From assembly GCA_047495785.1 (NCBI GenBank), contig JBLDXI010000003.1, positions 2,852,001-2,916,000 on the forward strand: 64,000 bases of DNA, written 5' to 3'. The position numbers and the translations under genes are program-made. The DNA is from Lepidodermella squamata (taxonomy: Eukaryota > Animalia > Gastrotricha). The notes below the pieces were generated by a model, which had not been told where the DNA came from, made no database searches, and saw nothing but the letters and a program-made list of their open reading frames with translations. Shown here piece after piece: positions 57,701 through 64,000 of this stretch (its first letter is position 1; the number at the start of each line of letters is the position of its first letter).

Positions 57701-58745
57701 CCTCTATTTAAGCAAAAGTCCAAAAAAAATCACGACCCCCCGTTTAGAAGGGCTCCTGCCTTCATTGTTGCGTCATTAATACAGCCACGCTAGTCACGTG
57801 ACTCTTAATCGCTTTTAAATTAAATTCAAAGACAGTAAATGCCAGCTTGTCACACAAACAGTGCTGATTTTTCTGAGTGAGATTTTCGACGCGAAATTTA
57901 AAGACTGGGACTACACGTATTTTAAAACCTCAATTTCTTTCCACTCAGGTGAAAAGTCAGCTCTTACCATTTATTAGGCATTCCTTCATCCGCCGACGTG
58001 CGGGTAGTTTCAATAGATTTTTTCCTTTTTTTGATATATCTATGGGAAGTCCCGCAATGCCACGCTGCATTTTTCACGGTTCCATGCGATTTTTCCCTAA
58101 ATTTTCGAAAACTTCATAACCCTAAATTCAACAAAAAATTCAAAGCGTTTGAATTTTAGTGAATTCCGATGGGGGTCTGAATAGATACAACCTTTTTCTA
58201 TAGCTCTATATTTTTAGCTGCCGAAACTCAATTTTCAGTGTTAACGGTACCAAAATTAAGTAGACAAAATACCTCTGGAAATATGTTTAAATATGTATAT
58301 TTACGCCGCTCAAGTGAAGGAATCAGCGTTCAATTACAGCTTCGTGGTAACAAATTTTTCAGATTTATTGTTGCTATTTCGGCTTTTTTGACTATGACCT
58401 ACAGCCAGAAGAAGAAGAACATTTTCTGATTAATTTTGAAATTAATTTCGCCAGACTCCGCCAACCCAAAATTACGGGCCACGGCCAATGGCTGTACCTC
58501 CATATTATGGAAACGGTGTGAAACGGTGAATCATGGTCTCGACCCTCGACCCTCGACCAGTCGCTGTTTTTACCTAATTTTTAGCTCAGCGCAAGTCTCA
58601 TCATGCGGCTCACTTTTCCGCCCTGAGGCGGCCGATTTGAAATGTACAAAAACCTGTATTAGCCATTTTAACAATAAGGAAAGCTTGAAAATATCAATTT
58701 CATGATGTTTTATGGCGACGAAATCGATATTAAGGTGGATAAATA

Positions 58746-59127
58746 CAGAGTGTCCCAGAATTTGTGCAACTATTCTTTAATTTGGTAACTTTTAGTAGGA
58801 AATTCATTACTTTTATTAAATTAAACCTACCGAGAGAATTTCCATCTTTTATCGGCGATTTAACCGAAGAAATTACAGATTTACCGGAGAAATCCTGGAA
58901 AATCCCGATGGTAACTGGTTCGGTAATTTTCGGTATTTTACCGGGTTGGGCCAAATTTCTCCGGAATTTTTAATCTCACTTAGAGTGAAGCAAAATTGAT
59001 TAAGTGTGATATTTTGAATTTTTCTAAAAATTTTCTGGCCACGAGGCGTGACTTCGACTCGCATTTTAAATTTTCTGAGCCCTTTTCCGTGTATTTTCTT
59101 TGCGTGCCTTACTTATGGGACACGCTG
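58746..59127. mobile_element. Tc1/mariner-type MITE, 382 bp, TA TSD; best-preserved of 3 copies
   Basis: TA|CAGAGTGTCCCA...TGGGACACGCTG|TA. Interior is homologous (inverted) to the 43.6-kb and 48.2-kb copies. Confidence 0.78.
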
Positions 59128-61850
59128 TAGTTGTGCTGCTCAAGTTAAAATTTCGGCTGCGAAGAAATATGCGAAAAATATATAATTCATTTGCTGGCTT
59201 TCTTCTCGCTCTAACAGTTTCGCCTTCGATAGCGGGCTTGTTCGCAATATTTCTTATTTGCGTGCTAATTCGTGTATATAATCCTGAGGGCAATGCTAGC
59301 ATTGTAAAGGCCTTCCGCGGTTTTTTCCCGGAACCGGTCCCAAGGCCGGCTTTTTTATTGGTGGTTGTGAAATATTTTCGCCATTTGTAGCTTCTGCTTC
59401 AATCTCTGCATGAATGAAAGCCTGTCAGATATAGAGCAGTGGGCCATCCTTCGTCATCAGCAACAGCCACTCGATCGATAATTAAGATGGATTTCAACAG
59501 ATTTTCACAGAAAAATTACACTTTTGGTTTCGAAATTTTATTGGCATTTTTACCTCGAAAAATGATTTAGAAATTCAATAAGTAACAGTTGAACTGCGAC
59601 ATTCAAACAAAGACAACGTTGAATTTTAGCTCGATTATTGACGATATTTCTCTTGCGCCAATTTATTTTCGACAGAGCCGAAATCGATACCAAAACTGTC
59701 TCAATAATCTCAGACTACCTGAGAAAATAATCAGAATAATAATATTGCGGCTGAACAACAGTTGAAATGTTAACATACCACGCTCCTGGATTCAACAATT
59801 TTACTTTGGCTCATATAGATCCACGATAGAGTTATTTTCGTAACTATCTTCTAGAAGAGTTCTTCGATCCCTTGAAAATAATTCCAATTTTTCAAGAAAT
59901 TCAACATTAAAAGTACCATTTGTGGTCGTGGCTGAATAACACATCCAGTATCTTCGGTTTGGTTTCTCTTGCTTTGATTTAGTCTGCCGCGAGTCAAGCG
60001 CCTGAAGGGCCGACTGCTTAAGGTATAGATCGTATCGGGCGCATCGTATTCTCCTTTTGACTAGCCATTTTAAGTTTGATCGATAAATTCTAAGAAAAAA
60101 ATGGAAATTACCACTCTACACATACATGAGACATTAACGCAATTTAACCTCACGACTGAATTTTGTAAATAATCATCATACATTTCAAAGCAAGACGGAA
60201 GTCAAAATGAAACAAATTCATCGTGAAATTTCTTAACAAGTCTTGGTTATAGCATCCAATTCTTCATTCCTTTGTTGGCTTCAAGCGTTAGTTATTTAGC
60301 TACCCATCCGCAACTCGTGATTAGCTAGTGTGAGTGTGGATGGATATTGTTAGCGCTGCCAGATAAGCAACTCGGAAATAATCTGGCTAACGACCGAAAC
60401 TAATGAAAGTTCAGTTGACTTAAAATGAAAGGCCTAAAGTCGGATTCTTGCTAGTTATTAGTCACCTTAAATGTGCAAACTTAAATCAGAGTGTTTACGC
60501 AGCGCCACCCTGATCCACACTCGCCTTGCATTCAAACACGCTAGCTCACAAAAGCCCAAACAGCAACAGCCTGAAGCATTTCAAACTTTACATGTTGCCT
60601 AACATTTTTCTATCACTCATTCGATCCTAGAGTGAGAAGCCTAGAGATCTTACAACCCTAGCGGACCGCCATTACCAGTTATCAAGAAGTTCAAGATGAA
60701 AATGATGTCACACTCGAGACTCCACACCACCATCAAATGCACATAACACCTAACAGAGCATCCTAAGAGTGCATCCATCCCGCAACTTCAGTTTTAGAAA
60801 GACAGCAAAAAGACTCTAGGGGCAAAATTAGATTTAATTCTTAATTCTTAAAATAAAAGCATTAAATGAATGGTAAATGGGGTAAATTCTAGTCTTCTCA
60901 TATCAAGCCAACATAAACAAGGAGCATCCATTAAACTCCATCTCTAACCTGTGAACTCCAATAGCATCTAAAATGTGAATCAGAGTAACTCCGCGAGAAA
61001 TTCCCGAAATTTATGAAAACGAGTGGTGTCCTGGATATAAGGAGTTTCAATTCACAGCAAAGCGTTCCTAATTCAGACCAAAATATGGTCGCTTGCTCAT
61101 CTTCATAGCCATGAGTTGCAGAAGAACAGCCAGCAACAAGCCGATCTAACTGATAAATCTGAAAATATGCTGCTTAACCACTCCACTGCCGCCTACAATA
61201 GCAAAAATTGATCAAATATACAATGCCGCAACTTGAAATAAGCACTAATTCACTGCCAGACAGCCGAAAGTTAACTTGACGAGCCCAACCCGCTGGCAAC
61301 ACGAACGACTGCCAAACGCCAGCCAAGCCTACAAAATAGCGCGTCATTTGATAAATAAATTTATGTGAAGACCAATACGGAAGCCTTTTTATATTTTTCC
61401 GTGGTTCGAAATATTTTTTTATTTATAATTCGAAAAGATGAACCCCTGTTAATTAATAAAATAAGGTCGTTTCTTAAAAATCAGTCCCCACGCAATGCCG
61501 GCGGCACTATGTTAACAATTTTTAATTGTCAAAAATGTAATATTATTTTTTAATTATTTTTCAGTGTCGCTGCGGTCTCAAGGACTCTGTATGCATCCCA
61601 TTTTGCTCTTGAGGAGAGAATAACCATTGTAATAAAAAATAATTTCGTATAAAATCGTGTCGAGTTTTATGAAATCGTGCTACAACCACGCATGACATTA
61701 CCTTAATAACAGGGTGACTCAGGGCGAAAGGTGACCGTTATTGCAGACCAACGACAACGGAATGTCTCCATGTGCTCATCTTCCCTCGTATAAAATGGCA
61801 AATTCAGAATCAGAATCCATCGAAAAGTTCTTATTTTAAATAACGTAGCA

Positions 61851-62354
61851 ATGTTTCTTGCTTTAGCGATTTTCGGCATTTTTTGCCTGTTCGCCTCGAC
61901 GGAATCGGCCTCAGTAAATGTAGTCCCGTGCATTCAACAAAACTGGGTTCAATGTGGGATCGCCCTGGGAACAGCTGTTTTCAAACTTCATCAATGGTCG
62001 GATGGAGTGCCGTATAAGGTTGCATCTTACGATTGTACTGCTAGGTACAAGGGCAGAATCAGCAAGCTGAAATGGGTCTGGGATGGGGAGTTCAATTGCC
62101 CGAGCTTATGGCCGGGTCACACCGGCAATTCACGAGGTTATGCCAGCCGAACTGGAGCGATCGAACATGCGATGCAAGATTTCTACAAAGATTTAACGGC
62201 TGCGAATGTTCTGACCCAGGAACAGTGGGACCAAATGGCACCTGGGGTTGTGAGACCTGTTACTACGACTGTTTCAGACACTACGAAGGCTATTACACAG
62301 GCGACTAGATTGCCGAGAGAGGATATACCTCGAAGAGGAGGAATTATACCGTAA
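61851..62354 (+). CDS. ALF: ALF-like secreted protein with a Thr-rich C-terminal extension, intronless, 167 aa
   Basis: Signal peptide MFLALAIFGIFCLFASTESA, CIQQNWVQC, C-x20-C loop CTARYKGRISKLKWVWDGEFNC, SRGYASRTGAIEHAMQDF, and an extra ~35-aa tail. Confidence 0.83.
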   Translation: MFLALAIFGIFCLFASTESASVNVVPCIQQNWVQCGIALGTAVFKLHQWSDGVPYKVASYDCTARYKGRISKLKWVWDGEFNCPSLWPGHTGNSRGYASRTGAIEHAMQDFYKDLTAANVLTQEQWDQMAPGVVRPVTTTVSDTTKAITQATRLPREDIPRRGGIIP

Positions 62355-62607
62355 TTCACTGATGCGAAAATTTGCTTGGTTACTTTCAAAAAACTCATTC
62401 TCTTTTTCTTCTTTCCTTCAAAACCATGTCATTGTATCTTTCAATGATGAACTCAAAAAAATGAAATCCGCAATAGGTATCCGCAATGAAAAGATTGAAC
62501 TAAGCGTTAGAAAAAACCCAATGGCGTGACATAGTTTTATCAATTTATTATTCGAATAAATTATTCAAGATTTCAACGTTTATCAAAATGACCTTTTCGA
62601 AATGTCT

Positions 62608-63110
62608 CTAGTTGGAGACGCTGACGGACTTGCTGAAGGAGTACGAGCCCTTGTTGGCCTTGCGGCCGCCGAACTTGCCGTGGCCGAACTTGCCGCCCTT
62701 GCGGCCGTAGCCGAAGTTCTTGCCGTGCTTGCCGAACTTGCGACCACCGAATCGCTTGTTGTTGCCGAAGCGATTGCCGGAGAACGAGGCGGACCGCGAG
62801 TAGGAAACAGACTTGGAGACCGACTTGGAGAAGGATCCGCGGCGCTTGTTCATCTTCTTGCCGTGGCGCTTCTTCATCGGGAAGGCACGTCCCTTGCGGA
62901 AAGCCCTCTTGTTCTCGAAGGAGCGGCTCGCCGAGGTGCTCACCTTCTTCTCGTAGTGCCGATGCATTTCCTTCGACTCGACATTCCACACCTTAGCCTC
63001 GGAGTAGGCTGAAAAAGATGATAGGGTTAGGCTATTGACATAATTTTGTAGGTGAATAGTTTACCAAGTCCGAGCAGGACGACAACAGCAATGGCGAGGA
63101 AAGCACGCAT
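62608..63110 (-). CDS. Secreted highly basic K/R/G/F/S-rich protein, 148 aa (family copy C)
   Basis: Exon 1 63110-63065, intron 63064-63009, exon 2 63008-62608. Near-identical to copy B including the leader and intron. TATA box at ~63196-63202. Confidence 0.88.
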
Positions 63111-64000
63111 GTTTAGAATGAGATGAATAAATAATTGATTAGGAAATGGAAAAGCGAGGGATGGCTGATGATTTTTCTTGTGTTCTTTTGCCACTTTTAT
63201 ATCGTGATATTCGCACTTGTAATTGTATTCTTAATTGGCATAGTTCGAAAAAATAGCCAATTATTTCGATCGGAAATTCGCATCTGAAATTCCAAGCGAG
63301 TATTCCCCATTGATAGTTAGAATATTGAAAATTGTAAAACAAAGTGAAATAATTTAATATTAAGATATCCCGCAAATTTTTCAATTAATAATTCAAAATT
63401 AATATTGCCACTGGATAAAAATATTTGTTGTTGTTGTCAAGAACCTCAGATTACAGATTATACCGTGTTTTAGAATAACTCAACGCCGATTTTACATCGA
63501 ATATCGCAACTTTTTCAAACCAATTTCGGCATGAACTTTACTTGGCACGTATGCTACAGACTCCATCTCCTCGAATTTGAAAATTGTTGTTCTTTTTACT
63601 AACGGCACTACCAGCTGATCGAGTTTGCAAGCCACGAGATTTTCAGCGTTAATTTTGAGATTCTCGGAATTAGGAGACCTCGAGTGGTATGGCACCTTGA
63701 TTTAAAAAAAAAATCGCCATTTGAAACTATGAGGATTCAACTATAATAGATGGCGAAAAAGGCGAATGAATTGCTATTAGCTGAACGTTTATTTCATTTC
63801 ACCAAATCTCAAAAATATGACCAGAAATATCAGACTGCTCATCACAGCTTGGCATGGCAAAATAAATTTAATTTTCTAAGTCTGCCGATCTTGAGCCAAC
63901 ATGCTGACCTAGTCTTGAGGATTAGTAGGTGTAGGCGTCATCTCCATGCGCCGCTTCAGGGTTAATAACGCCGTGCGCCTTGTCACCCTTCTTGCCGCCC

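Noticed and set aside
54750-58700. Short ORFs (55359-55667, 56564-56791 and others) and an 11-bp hairpin at 57335-57357
   Set aside because: No recognisable motifs and no consistent exon chain could be built. The hairpin lacks Helitron-end or RNA-gene context.
43587-59127. Inverted similarity between 43.6/48.2 kb and 58.8 kb as TIRs of one large element
   Set aside because: The 58746-59127 copy has its own TIRs and TA TSD, so these are independent insertions of a ~390-bp MITE. ORFs at 58730-59064 are MITE-derived.
59850-61330. A/C-rich stretch suggestive of a decayed LINE
   Set aside because: No ORF or diagnostic RT motif could be read. It needs tBLASTx against Repbase or Dfam.
35300-61600. 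Search for RSS/Transib-like termini (CACAGTG, CACTATG, CACTTTG) and a RAG2-like kelch-PHD gene around the transposase
   Set aside because: Isolated heptamer-like hits (CATAGTG ~36088, CACTTTG ~38196, CACTATG ~61505) are unpaired or face the wrong way, and no kelch repeats were seen. A ProtoRAG call is not supported.
1-64000. rRNA, tRNA, CRISPR arrays and prokaryotic operons
   Set aside because: None seen. Spliceosomal introns and metazoan domain content indicate animal nuclear DNA.

Overview
Gene-dense eukaryotic DNA from an invertebrate animal, with short AT-rich GT-AG introns (many 45-65 nt) and GC-richer exons; the taxon cannot be fixed from sequence alone. All gene models were assembled by hand and all family calls come from recalled motifs, not database searches. 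The window has three zones. (1) 1-10.8 kb: two tandem minus-strand genes for signal-peptide proteins that share an unnamed ~190-aa N-terminal domain followed by Sushi/CCP modules (>=18 and 6). (2) 12.6-35.3 kb, resuming at 61.8-63.1 kb: an interleaved cluster of secreted and surface genes. It holds three intronless anti-lipopolysaccharide-factor (ALF)-like genes plus a promoter/ATG relic, five secreted Lys/Arg/Gly/His-rich proteins that all have a 46-nt first coding exon, three intronless Cys-loop channel subunits fused behind two LamG/pentraxin-like domains and a Ser/Thr stalk, a Ly6/three-finger gene and a PPxY tail-anchored protein. (3) ~36-61 kb: a block that interrupts this cluster. It contains a 9-exon, 703-aa RAG1/Transib/Chapaev-type DDE transposase with an intact catalytic triad, a SOCS-box gene nested in its intron 5, a divergent Rad21/Rec8-like kleisin, a stand-alone piggyBac-type Cys-rich-domain protein, an RG-repeat/zinc-ribbon protein, a small gag-like gene and several MITEs. 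The best candidates for something undescribed are the LamG-LamG-mucin-Cys-loop channels embedded among antimicrobial-like genes, and a possible cargo-carrying RAG1-like giant transposon whose termini I could not find by eye.
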